A stretch of DNA of 64,000 nucleotides from Planctomycetota bacterium (GTDB taxonomy: Bacteria; Planctomycetota; UBA1135; UBA2386), in assembly GCA_965223545.1 (NCBI GenBank), contig OZ245006.1:2016001-2080000 (forward strand), given 5' to 3'. Positions 27,393 to 37,119 of the stretch are shown here, one piece after another. Numbering within the stretch: the first letter of the stretch is position 1; every line of letters begins with the position of its first letter. The translations under genes and the position numbers were made by a program. The notes beneath the pieces are model-generated. The model worked only from the letters and a program-made list of their open reading frames with translations. It had not been told where the DNA came from and searched no databases.

Positions 27393-28022
27393 TCAGATCT
27401 TCCGCTCGCCGGAGTCTTCCGGGTCGCCCTCGAGGCGCTCGAGCTCCAAGCCGAGCTGAGCACGCGCCCGCATGAGGAGCATGCGGGTCGCGCCTTCGCT
27501 GCGTCCCATCCGCGCGGCGACCTCCGCATGCGGCAGCTCCTGCACCACGGCCAGCTCGATCACGGTGCTGTATGCCTCCGGCAGCTGCGCCAGCGCGGTG
27601 GCGAGCAACGCCCCCTCCTCGCGCGCCTGCGCCAGCCGAGACGGCGTGGTCACGTCGGGCTGGAGCTCTCGTGCCAGCCGGTTCCGCTCCGAAGTACGCT
27701 CGGGCTGAGCGCGCCGCGCCGCGGAGAACCAGCGGTGCTGGCGCAGGACTTCGCTGCGCACGATGGTGTTCGCCCAGGCGACCAGCTGGTTCACGTGTTC
27801 GCCCTCGAAGCTGGGCAACAACCGCACGACCTCGAGGTAGACGTTCTGGAGGATGTCCGAAGGTCGAACTTTGCCGCGCAACCATGGACCGAGCTGACGC
27901 TCGATCTCCAGCGTGAGCGGCTCCTCGATGCGGCCCAGGAGCCGGCCCAGCGCCTCCCGGTCTCCATCGCGTACCGCGACCAGCTCTGCCGCGATGTTCG
28001 GGGATTCTCCTGAGCTCGCCAT
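27393..28022 (-). CDS. ECF sigma factor, planctomycete-type
   Basis: GDREALGRLL, LRGKVRPSDILQ, TPSRLA, EVAARMGRSEGATRML. Confidence 0.88.
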   Translation of the reverse strand: MASSGESPNIAAELVAVRDGDREALGRLLGRIEEPLTLEIERQLGPWLRGKVRPSDILQNVYLEVVRLLPSFEGEHVNQLVAWANTIVRSEVLRQHRWFSAARRAQPERTSERNRLARELQPDVTTPSRLAQAREEGALLATALAQLPEAYSTVIELAVVQELPHAEVAARMGRSEGATRMLLMRARAQLGLELERLEGDPEDSGERKI

Positions 28023-28135
28023 GAAATCGGTGGCCACTCGAGAACCGAGCGATGCCGGCGTGACAACACCACGCGTCCCGAACCTACCAGGCCACAGCCC
28101 AGTCCGTCGACCACGGTCGTTACCTTAACCCCGAG

Positions 28136-29368
28136 ATGATCATGCCCGATCAGCCGTCCCTCTCTACGTACCTCACATCTGCGATCCTTGCCGCTCTCTG
28201 CGTCGCGCCGCTCCACGCGCAGCCCCCCCTGCGTTCCGTCGAGTCACAGGCCTACTCCGAACAACTGGCGACGACCGCTTTGTTCAGCCGTGCCAAGAAG
28301 GAAGATCCGGCATGGATCGCTCTGAGGGTCAACCCCCAGGCAGGAGAGTGGATCGTGCTGCACACTCACGTCCAGCTCCGCGCCAACGACCAGACCCGAG
28401 ACATGGTGAACCTGATCGAGCTGCACCATCCGTGGTCGCGACCCGCGAACGACGGGAACTTCGGAGCGCTGATGTCGAACTTCAGCTCCAGCGACTGCGA
28501 TCACGACACCTCGCAGGACTCGATTCCGGTTCGCGTTCCATTCGCCGATCTCATTCGCGACATCAACGCCATCGTCGCCGATCCCACTTCGGTCGCCAGT
28601 GAGTGGATTTCCTACGCCAATGCGACTGGTGGCTTCGCCCATGTGACGGGTCTGTTCTGCTCTCCGCCACCCCCAAACTCCAGCGACCGAACCGTCGTCT
28701 GCAATGCAACGACGACGCAGCAAGCGGGCCTAACGCTCTACGACTCGCACTCCTGGGCCCGTGAGACGATCAAGTCGCAAGTCCAAGCTCACTCGTCGAC
28801 TTCGGACCAGGAAGCGAGCAACTGGGCCGACTACCTCGTCACCCATTTCCATTACGACATCCTCGTTCAGGCACTGCTCGTCTCGACGGAGTTCTCCCGG
28901 GAACCCAACGCACTCTCTGCGGGGCTGGGCGGGGATATCGGTACCACCGACAAGATCCGGATCGTCATCACCCCTCCGATCAAGATCTCGATGGGCGTCA
29001 AGTCGCAACATCCGCCCTGCGACTACCCACCCAGATCGCTACCGGTGCCCCCTGGCGCATCATCGACGCACCTCTGGGCCGCTTTTCGCAATGAGTACCT
29101 GGTTCTCGATTTCGAGTCCGACGTCAGCCAACTGACCCTCACGGCCTGGCTGCCCGACGATCAGGGGGTTTACTCCCCGGTACCCAGCGTCGTCGGCTAC
29201 CCAGGCCCGTGCAATCCGTATCGCGCCACGTTCGCCACTCCGCCCAACTTGGGCGCCGGAGTCGCGTTCATCACTGACCTGCAGAACAACGTGGTCTGGC
29301 CCCAGCATGCAATCGTCGACGGGCCGTACGTGGGCGGCGTATTGTTCGCGACCTACGACATTCCATAG
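28136..29368 (+). CDS. Hypothetical secreted protein
   Basis: 410-aa ORF with signal peptide (AILAALCVAPLHA); visibly lower GC than flanks; no recognisable domain. Confidence 0.7.
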   Translation: MIMPDQPSLSTYLTSAILAALCVAPLHAQPPLRSVESQAYSEQLATTALFSRAKKEDPAWIALRVNPQAGEWIVLHTHVQLRANDQTRDMVNLIELHHPWSRPANDGNFGALMSNFSSSDCDHDTSQDSIPVRVPFADLIRDINAIVADPTSVASEWISYANATGGFAHVTGLFCSPPPPNSSDRTVVCNATTTQQAGLTLYDSHSWARETIKSQVQAHSSTSDQEASNWADYLVTHFHYDILVQALLVSTEFSREPNALSAGLGGDIGTTDKIRIVITPPIKISMGVKSQHPPCDYPPRSLPVPPGASSTHLWAAFRNEYLVLDFESDVSQLTLTAWLPDDQGVYSPVPSVVGYPGPCNPYRATFATPPNLGAGVAFITDLQNNVVWPQHAIVDGPYVGGVLFATYDIP

Positions 29369-29420
29369 TGAACGGTAGGATGAGCGCAGCGCGCGCATCG
29401 CGGCGCGAGCCCTCGCCTCC

Positions 29421-32400
29421 GTGACCGCGTCCATGCCCCCCGACGCCCATCTCGAGCGCATTCTCGAACAGTGCTACAGCGAGATCATCGCCGGCCGCAC
29501 ACCCGACATCGGCCGCCTGTGCAGTTCGGACGCCGACCTGGAACGGCGCGTGCGGCAGATCCTCGCGCGCGAGCAAGCTGCATGGGACGGGGCCGCTGAC
29601 ACTCCTCCCAGCGGCTCGGCGACGCTGCGGATCCCCCCACGCGCCATCGGCGACTACGACATCATCGCCCCGTTGGGCTCGGGGGGGATGGGCGACGTCT
29701 ACGTCGCCGAACAGCGCTCGCTGAAACGCCGAGTCGCCCTCAAGCTGCTGCGTTTCGGCACCGAACGGCGCGCCAGCGTTCTTCGCTTTCGCCGGGAAGC
29801 CGAAATCACGGGCGCCCTCGATCATCCGAACATCGTGCCGGTCTACGACACCGGCGAAGAGAACGGCGTGGTCTACCTCGCGATGAAGCTCCTGCGCGGC
29901 GACTCGCTGGCGCAGGGAACGTCACTGCCCCCCCGCCGCGTCGCCGAGATCGGAGCCCGCGTCGGCACAGCCCTGGAGGCCACCCACCGAGTCGGCGTCC
30001 TGCACCGCGACGTCAAGCCGGGCAACATCGTGCTCGCGGACGACACCCCCTATCTGCTCGACTTCGGCCTGGCGCGCCTCCGAGACCCAGCGTCCGCTCT
30101 CACCCAATCGCGCGAGGCGCCGGGAACGTTGGCCTACATGGCGCCCGAGACGCTGCGCTCGTCATCGCCGGTGTGGGACCCGAGAATCGATGTCTACGGT
30201 CTGGGCGCGACTCTGTGGGAGGCCGTGCGGGGCAAGCCGCCCTTTGACGCGTCGCTTGAGCCAGCACTGATCCGGCAGATCCTGACGGAAGAGCCACCGC
30301 GCCTCGGTCTCACCGGCGACGATCGCGACTTGGAGGTCGTGCTCCGACGCGCCCTCGAAAAAGAGCCGGCACGACGCTACCCGACGGCTGCAGCCCTCGC
30401 CGACGACTTGCAGCGCTTCGCCGATGGCAGGCCGATCCTCGCCCGCCCGCCCGGCCCGGTCGAACGGCTGCGCCGGCGCGCGCGACGCAACCCCGCCGCC
30501 GCCGCCCTCCTCGGGCTCGTCGCCATCGCGAGCTGCATCGCGCTCGGCTTCGCCGTGGATGCACGTCGCAGTCGAGCCGCCGCGATCCGCGAGGGGAGTG
30601 CGCAGGTCCAAGACAACCTGCGGCGAGGGTTTCTCAACGCCGCCACCAGCCAGCTCCAGCGCCTGCGCACGACGCACGGCGAAACGCCCGTCCTCCGTGG
30701 CCTCGACCGCGAACTGAGGTCCGCACAGTCGGTCTTCGCACTCCACGCACACCTCGCACGCGCCCCCGGGGATTATGCCAGCAACACGCTGCAGGACCTG
30801 TCGGCGCAGCTCGCAGCGAATCCACCCGCCGACAACCCGAGCCTCGCCGCCCTGACGCTAGCAGCGGCCGACCTGCGCCTGGCTCGACCAGAGCGCGCAC
30901 GCGAGCGCCTAGCCTCGGTCGAACCCTCGAAGTATCCACGCGCGACCGCGGTGTTGTCCGCGATCGCAAGCGGCGGGGATGCGGGTGTGATCTCATCGAT
31001 TCGCACGGACCTGCCGACGGCGGAAGACGAAGATCACGACCGCTTTCTGGCGACGGTCGGCCTGTGGGTCGCCGGTCGACCATGGCAGGAGCTCTGGCAG
31101 CAAGTCGAGCGCTCCCCAACCCAATCCAACTCGAGCCTCACGTTACTCCGAACCACGCTGCTGGTCCGCGCCGGCCGGTTTCCGACTGCCTACGAGGCTC
31201 TTGCGCAAGTCGCGAAGCAAGCCGCCACCCGCCCGCTCGCGGTCGCGAGTCAAGCCAGGATCGCCGCAACGCTCGGAAGAGGAGCCGCGGCTCGCCGCCA
31301 CCTGACCGAGCTCGCCGCAGTGCTCGACTCCGCGACCACGCAAGGCGTGCAGTCCATCCTTACGATGTCCACGCTGGAGGCCTTGCGCAGCCTGCGCGAA
31401 TACGAGGACTTCTGGGCCACGTGGGACGGCGCCTCATCCCTGACGACGGTCGCGCGTTACTGGCTCGAAGGGGCGTACGTTTCGCTTGGCCAAGGCAACA
31501 CCGCCCGGGGGCTCGAGTTGCTCCACCGCGCGCTCGCCTGTCCTGAGATCGACGACGACACGCGTCGCCTCGTGGACCTGGCAATCGTGCAGGCGGAACT
31601 CACCGAGACCGTGGCCAGCTTGGGGCAAACCGTGTCCGCCCTCGACCCCGATGCCCGGCTGACACAACGCGACGCGCTGCGGAGCATCTCGATCCGGGCC
31701 GCGGACGTCGCCGCTCGCTTCGTCGGCCACGGCAGCCATTCCCTGCGCGCGGACGCGCAGCTGACCGCCGCGCGCGCCCACTTTGCTCTGGAGGAAGACG
31801 CCGCTGGTTGGCGCATGCTGCGAGAGGCATGCCGCGCTCCCGACCACGCCAACGCCTACAGCGTGTTTGCAAGCGAGATCGTCCGCAGGCTCCACGAGCC
31901 CGATCGCGTCCTCTTGCACAATCCCGATCTGACGACCGCGGATCTGACCGACGCGGCAATCCGCTACTCACGTGCCGTCCTCGCCGAGCACGACGAAAGC
32001 GGCGCCCATGCAGCGCTGCTACCGTCCTGTAGCTGGGCGCTGTTTTGCTGCGCTCGCGATCGGCGTGACTACTCCAACGCGGCGGACGGAGCGATCCGCG
32101 TGGTCACCCTCGAGATCCCTCAGGCGGCGGACATCTGCCTGGCGTATCTGCGAGACCTGGGCGGCGTGCCGGCCGAGCTGCTACCGCAAGGCGTGGGGTC
32201 GTCGGCAGAAGAACGGCTCGCGGCCCTCGACCATCTGCACCGCATCTCGACCCGCCTGTCCGGGGCATGTGCCGACCAGGAGGCGATCGAAACGACCTGG
32301 CAGACGCTGCGCGAGCGGTGGCGCACCTCTGAGGCACTCGCTTTCGTCTGGGACGACGACCAGCTGGCGCCGCTGGCGTCGCACGAGCGAGAGTCGTGGC

Positions 32401-32429
32401 GCGCCCTGCGCGCCGCGATCGGACGCTGA
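29421..32429 (+). CDS. Ser/Thr protein kinase (Hanks type) with TM and TPR-like C-terminus
   Basis: LGSGGMGDVY, VALKLL, HPNIV, HRDVKPGN, LDFGLA, GTLAYMAPE, DVYGLG. Confidence 0.93.
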   Translation: MTASMPPDAHLERILEQCYSEIIAGRTPDIGRLCSSDADLERRVRQILAREQAAWDGAADTPPSGSATLRIPPRAIGDYDIIAPLGSGGMGDVYVAEQRSLKRRVALKLLRFGTERRASVLRFRREAEITGALDHPNIVPVYDTGEENGVVYLAMKLLRGDSLAQGTSLPPRRVAEIGARVGTALEATHRVGVLHRDVKPGNIVLADDTPYLLDFGLARLRDPASALTQSREAPGTLAYMAPETLRSSSPVWDPRIDVYGLGATLWEAVRGKPPFDASLEPALIRQILTEEPPRLGLTGDDRDLEVVLRRALEKEPARRYPTAAALADDLQRFADGRPILARPPGPVERLRRRARRNPAAAALLGLVAIASCIALGFAVDARRSRAAAIREGSAQVQDNLRRGFLNAATSQLQRLRTTHGETPVLRGLDRELRSAQSVFALHAHLARAPGDYASNTLQDLSAQLAANPPADNPSLAALTLAAADLRLARPERARERLASVEPSKYPRATAVLSAIASGGDAGVISSIRTDLPTAEDEDHDRFLATVGLWVAGRPWQELWQQVERSPTQSNSSLTLLRTTLLVRAGRFPTAYEALAQVAKQAATRPLAVASQARIAATLGRGAAARRHLTELAAVLDSATTQGVQSILTMSTLEALRSLREYEDFWATWDGASSLTTVARYWLEGAYVSLGQGNTARGLELLHRALACPEIDDDTRRLVDLAIVQAELTETVASLGQTVSALDPDARLTQRDALRSISIRAADVAARFVGHGSHSLRADAQLTAARAHFALEEDAAGWRMLREACRAPDHANAYSVFASEIVRRLHEPDRVLLHNPDLTTADLTDAAIRYSRAVLAEHDESGAHAALLPSCSWALFCCARDRRDYSNAADGAIRVVTLEIPQAADICLAYLRDLGGVPAELLPQGVGSSAEERLAALDHLHRISTRLSGACADQEAIETTWQTLRERWRTSEALAFVWDDDQLAPLASHERESWRALRAAIGR

Positions 32430-32449
32430 CGAGAGCGCGCCTGGTCGCG

Positions 32450-34969
32450 TCAGCTGCCCTCAGTCTCGGCGGGCTGGGCCGCGCTGGCGCTGGGCTCCTC
32501 GACCGCGGTCGGGCTGTCGTAGTTCCAGCGGGCCTTCAGGGCCTCCAGCGTGAACGACTGCGGCAGCACGCTGCCGTAGCGCTCGCGCTCGAACTGTTCG
32601 CGCGCCTGTAGCAGCTGGCGCCGGGTGATGTCCTTGACCGTGGCCGGATCCTTGGCGATGCAATGCGCCAAGTAGTAGGCCCGCCCGGTCGCGTCGTCCA
32701 AGACCTCGGTGACCTCGCCGGGGTCCATCGAAGTGACGTCGGGGTTGCCGAACAGGTAGCGCACGTCGTCGCCGAAGCGGTCGGCAAAGCGCGGTTGCCG
32801 CGACAGGCTCGCGGGCAGCGGACCGATGGTGCGGAGCTCGAAGTTGACCTGTGCGGCCGCCTCCTCGAACACCTCGTGGTACACCTCGGCCGCGGCCTCG
32901 GCGACTTGCTCCTCGATCGCCTCGTCGGCGGCTTCCTCGAGCTCCTTGCGCTTGTCGTCGGCCTTGGCGAGCTCCGCCTCCAGCCGATCGCGCTCGGCCT
33001 GCCACTTGCGGGCGATCGCCGACTGCGGTGGCCTGCCGGCCACCATTTCGCTGGCCTTGGCGATGCCCGCATCCAGCTCCTCTTTCCACGCATCGAAGTC
33101 GGTGTCGATCGAGCCGCGGACCTCCTCCTCGATCTCGGCGATCTTGTCGCCGATCTTCGCCTTCGCCAGCTCCAGCAGCAGCTCGGTCAGCTTCTCCGAG
33201 TCGGCCTTCGACTGCTCGTCAGCCTTCTTGGCGAAGTAGTCGCTGCGCGCCTTGTCCCGGATCTCGTCGAAGGGCTTCAGCGGCCGCACGACGACGTCCG
33301 GCACCTGAAAGTGAAAGCACGCGGTGTCGGTGCGCTGCACCTGGGTCGACAGATCTCCGTCGGCGGTCATCGAAGTCGCCACCCAGGCGTTGTCCCAGGT
33401 GCCGAGCTCGCCGAGCTCCTTGAGCCCGTCCTGGTTGACCGGCTCCTCGACCCGGTGCGTCCGCACGCCGGCGCGGTCCTCGATGACCTTCAGCATCTCG
33501 CCGACGAAGTCGAACTCCGCGCGGCGCGCGTTCATGGCCTCGACCGCGGCCTCGAGCTCTTCCTCAGCGGCCTCGAGATCGGCCTTCGCCGACTCCACGG
33601 CCGCCTCGCGCTCGTCGCTCTCGCCCTCGTCCGCCAGCGCGGTCTCCGCTTCAGCCAACGCTTCCCGCGCCTTGCTGACGCCAAGGGAAGCGTTGTTGCG
33701 TGTGCCGACGACCGCCCGCATGTGCTCGGCCATGCGATCTTGCACCACGCCGGTGCGGACCGCGTCGAGCGCCGCCTCCGCGCGGAGCATCCGCTCCAGC
33801 TGTTCGCGCACCTCTGCCAGTGGGAAGTACGGGTCCGGAGCCGGCGGCGGTGCCGGCGGCCCTTGCGTCTCGCCCTCGGCGGCGACTTCACCTTCGGGGT
33901 CCTGGCCCTCGGTGGCCGCGGGGCTCTGCTCCGTTTCGGGGTTCTGGGTCTCGGGGCTTTGGGGCACCGCAGGGGCAGGCTCCTCGGATTCCGCGGGATC
34001 CTGGCGGCCCGCCCCGGCACCACCATCGGCACCATTGCCACCACCACCGCTTCCCTCGGTCTGACCGCTCTCCTCGGGGGTCCCGTCCTCGTCGCCTTCC
34101 TCTTCGTCGCCCTCTTCCTGCTCGGGCTCCGGCCGCCGGAACCAGCGCTCCTTGCGCTGCGCGTACTCCTGCTCGATCTTCTGCTGGTCGACCGCGAAGC
34201 CAGCGAGCTCGTTGGCCCATTCGGCCGCATCGAACTCGTCGAACAACACACCGACCGCGCCCATCGCGACGTGGTTGGTGTCGGCGTACGCCACGCGATC
34301 GGTCTCGCTCAGCTCTTCGAGCCACGCGCGCAGATCGTCGTCCGAGACATCGACCTCCTCGAGAGCCTCCTGGCGCGCCTTCTTGTCGAGCACGGCCACG
34401 GAGTAGGTCAGCACCTTCTCGTCCTTGAGTACCGAAGCCGCCAGTGCGGCATCGAGGACGTCGACGCCCAGCGCCTGCAGCCGCAAGAACGTGCCGATCC
34501 GCATCGCCTCGCGCACCACGCGGCGGTAGTGGGCCAGCGACGAGTAGCCCATCTGCAGCGCCAGCCGGGTCGGACTCTCGATGCGGCCCTCGTACAGCTG
34601 CACCGCTTGGTCGATCGCGCGGTCGACCTCCTCGTCGGCCGCATCGATGCCGTACTCGATCGCCAACCGCCGCACGGCGGCATACCGTTCGGCCAGCGAC
34701 TCCCGATCGTCGCCATCGGCGATGCTCGGCAACACCACGGCGGGCTGGTTCTGCGCCGCCACCATCGAGCGTCCGACTGTCCAGTCCTCGTAGGTGACGT
34801 CGACCAACCGACCGTCGGGCAGGGTCAGCCGTGGGGGTTGGTACTGCGCCTGCGCCCCCGGCGCGAAGAACGCCATGATCGCGCCGGTAATCGAGAAGCT
34901 CACCAGGGCGAAGATGCCGGCAGTGAACAGAATCAGCTTCTGGTGCTTGCGGAAGAACTGGAAAGCCAT
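32450..34969 (-). CDS. SurA-N/PpiD-like membrane-anchored periplasmic chaperone
   Basis: MAFQFFRKHQK plus N-terminal TM anchor typical of PpiD; KPFDEIRDK motif; long acidic linker. Confidence 0.55.
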   Translation of the reverse strand: MAFQFFRKHQKLILFTAGIFALVSFSITGAIMAFFAPGAQAQYQPPRLTLPDGRLVDVTYEDWTVGRSMVAAQNQPAVVLPSIADGDDRESLAERYAAVRRLAIEYGIDAADEEVDRAIDQAVQLYEGRIESPTRLALQMGYSSLAHYRRVVREAMRIGTFLRLQALGVDVLDAALAASVLKDEKVLTYSVAVLDKKARQEALEEVDVSDDDLRAWLEELSETDRVAYADTNHVAMGAVGVLFDEFDAAEWANELAGFAVDQQKIEQEYAQRKERWFRRPEPEQEEGDEEEGDEDGTPEESGQTEGSGGGGNGADGGAGAGRQDPAESEEPAPAVPQSPETQNPETEQSPAATEGQDPEGEVAAEGETQGPPAPPPAPDPYFPLAEVREQLERMLRAEAALDAVRTGVVQDRMAEHMRAVVGTRNNASLGVSKAREALAEAETALADEGESDEREAAVESAKADLEAAEEELEAAVEAMNARRAEFDFVGEMLKVIEDRAGVRTHRVEEPVNQDGLKELGELGTWDNAWVATSMTADGDLSTQVQRTDTACFHFQVPDVVVRPLKPFDEIRDKARSDYFAKKADEQSKADSEKLTELLLELAKAKIGDKIAEIEEEVRGSIDTDFDAWKEELDAGIAKASEMVAGRPPQSAIARKWQAERDRLEAELAKADDKRKELEEAADEAIEEQVAEAAAEVYHEVFEEAAAQVNFELRTIGPLPASLSRQPRFADRFGDDVRYLFGNPDVTSMDPGEVTEVLDDATGRAYYLAHCIAKDPATVKDITRRQLLQAREQFERERYGSVLPQSFTLEALKARWNYDSPTAVEEPSASAAQPAETEGS

Positions 34970-35074
34970 CGTTGGAACGCGCCTGACGGGCGCCTCGCGG
35001 CAGCCCGGCTCGGGCCGCCTCGCTCAGTGTTGACTACTGACGAAAACCGGTTGCAAAAACTCTCCGCGGCGCGG

Positions 35075-35380
35075 TCACCCAGCCCCCCCCGAATCCGACG
35101 GAACATCCAGCTCCGCCGAGCCATCCAGTGAAACCGCCTCGTGGCGGAGCAAGATCGGAATCCCGTCGCGCACTGGATAGAGGACTGGGCCGTCGCCTGC
35201 GACCAGACCGGCGTCGAGCGGCTCGGCGACCGGCTCGCCACCGCGGTTGCGCAGCTCCCCCGCCCGAATCCGCCCGTTGACCCGCTCCAGCTCGCCGGCG
35301 GACGCCGGGCGCAGCGGCTGCCGGGTCACCGGGCAGACCAGGGTGGCGAGGAAGTCCGGGTCGATCGACACGGCGGTCAT
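35075..35380 (-). CDS. Trm112-like family protein
   Basis: IDPDFLATLVCPVTRQPL...LYPVRDGIPILL. Confidence 0.88.
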   Translation of the reverse strand: MTAVSIDPDFLATLVCPVTRQPLRPASAGELERVNGRIRAGELRNRGGEPVAEPLDAGLVAGDGPVLYPVRDGIPILLRHEAVSLDGSAELDVPSDSGGAG

Positions 35381-35529
35381 CCTAACCCGCAGCCGGCGCC
35401 GGGATCGACTCCCATCGCGCCCAATCCGCGCCGCCCGAGGCGGCCCGACCCACCGCCCGGGGTGCCAGATTCGTAACTCGGGAAACACGGCCCGGCACAC
35501 CCGGTGTCCCCTGCCGTAACCTGCTAGCC

Positions 35530-37092
35530 ATGGCACACCTCGCCCTCGCGACTGCCAGCCGGGCCGCACTCGGCCCGCTCAGTGCAGCGCTCGTTCTGTC
35601 CACCGCCGTCGCCCAGCCCGCCCTGACCAGCGTGCGCGTGGCGACCGGCTTTGCCCGACCGATCTACGTCGGCGCCCCCAACGGCGACGAGGACCGGCTC
35701 TTCGTCGCCGAGCAGCACAGCGGCCTGGTCCGCATCGTGCTGCGCGGGGACGTGCTGGCGACGCCCTTCTTGGACGTCAAGTCACGCATCCTCACCGGCA
35801 GCGAACGCGGCTTGCTCGGCGTCGCATTCCACCCCGACTTCGTCAACAACGGGCTGGTCTACGTCAACTACACGCGCACGGGCGACGGCGCCACCATCGT
35901 CGAGCGCTTCACGGTGTCGAGCTCCAACCCCCACGTCGTCGACCCCAACAGCGGCACGATCATCTTCGGACCGGTGAACCAGCCGCAATCCAACCACAAC
36001 GCGGGCTGCATCGCATTCGGGCCCGGCGGCTACCTGTACATCGCCTTCGGCGACGGCGGCGGCGCGGGTGATCGCCAGTGCAACGCGCAGAACGGCCAGC
36101 TCTTCCTCGGCAAGGTCGTCCGCATCGACGTGGACGGTGGCACGCCATACGCAGTGCCGCCGACCAACCCGTTCGTCGGCAACCCCGCTTTCAGGGACGA
36201 GATCTGGACCTACGGCTGGCGCAACCCGTGGCGGTTCAGCTTCGACCGCGGCACCGGCGACATGTACGTCGGCGACGTCGGCCAGGGCGCGCGGGAGGAA
36301 GTGTCGTTCCAGGCGGGCAGCAGCACCGGCGGCGAGAACTTCGGTTGGAAGATCATGGAGGGGACCAACTGCTTCTCGACCGCCAACTGCGTCAACCCTC
36401 CCCCGTGCAATAGCCCGGCGCTGGAGCTGCCGATCCACGATTACGCGAGCACCGGCGCCAACTGCACGGTGATCGGCGGCTACGTCTACCGCGGCTGCGG
36501 GATCCCCGGGCTCGAGGGCACGTACTTCTTCGCCGACTACTGCGCCCGCTCGGTGTGGAGCCTGCGCTACGACGGCCAGAGCGTGACCCAGCTGACCAAC
36601 CGCACCACCGAGCTGGTGCCCAACGCGGGCTCGATCGGACAGGTGACGTCGTTTGGCGAGGACTCGTGCGGCGAGATCTATCTGTGCGACCTCGACGGCG
36701 ACGTCTTCAAGATCGTCCCCGCCGGCCCACCGGCCGCGGTCAACCTCGGCTTCGCCACTCCCGGCAGCAACGGCCGCCCGACCTTCGAGCTCTGCGGCAT
36801 GCTGGGCGCGGGACAAACCGCGGAGCTGATCCTGCGCAACGCGCCGCCCGCGACCGCCGCCGCCCTGGTGCTGTCCACCGCCAACCAACCGACGCCGCTC
36901 GCCTTCGGCACCGTCGTGCCGGTGCCCCCGCAGATCGTCCAACCCTTCATCACCGACGGCGGTGGTCGCGTGCAGTTCACGGTGACGGGCGGTTTGGGCC
37001 CAGCGGTCATCTACGGGCAGTGGGGCATCCTCGACAGCGGAGTCCCCACCGGCATCACGCTGTCCAACGCGCTGCAGGTGACGTTCCCGTAG
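35530..37092 (+). CDS. Secreted glucose/sorbosone (PQQ-dependent) dehydrogenase-family protein with shared C-terminal domain
   Basis: RLFVAEQ, ERGLLGVAFHPDF, NHNAG..FGPGGYLYIAFGDGG, YGWRNPWRFSFD, GDVGQGAREEV, SFGED. Confidence 0.9.
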   Translation: MAHLALATASRAALGPLSAALVLSTAVAQPALTSVRVATGFARPIYVGAPNGDEDRLFVAEQHSGLVRIVLRGDVLATPFLDVKSRILTGSERGLLGVAFHPDFVNNGLVYVNYTRTGDGATIVERFTVSSSNPHVVDPNSGTIIFGPVNQPQSNHNAGCIAFGPGGYLYIAFGDGGGAGDRQCNAQNGQLFLGKVVRIDVDGGTPYAVPPTNPFVGNPAFRDEIWTYGWRNPWRFSFDRGTGDMYVGDVGQGAREEVSFQAGSSTGGENFGWKIMEGTNCFSTANCVNPPPCNSPALELPIHDYASTGANCTVIGGYVYRGCGIPGLEGTYFFADYCARSVWSLRYDGQSVTQLTNRTTELVPNAGSIGQVTSFGEDSCGEIYLCDLDGDVFKIVPAGPPAAVNLGFATPGSNGRPTFELCGMLGAGQTAELILRNAPPATAAALVLSTANQPTPLAFGTVVPVPPQIVQPFITDGGGRVQFTVTGGLGPAVIYGQWGILDSGVPTGITLSNALQVTFP

Positions 37093-37119
37093 TGTCGTCT
37101 AGGGGAGGGGCAACCGCGC

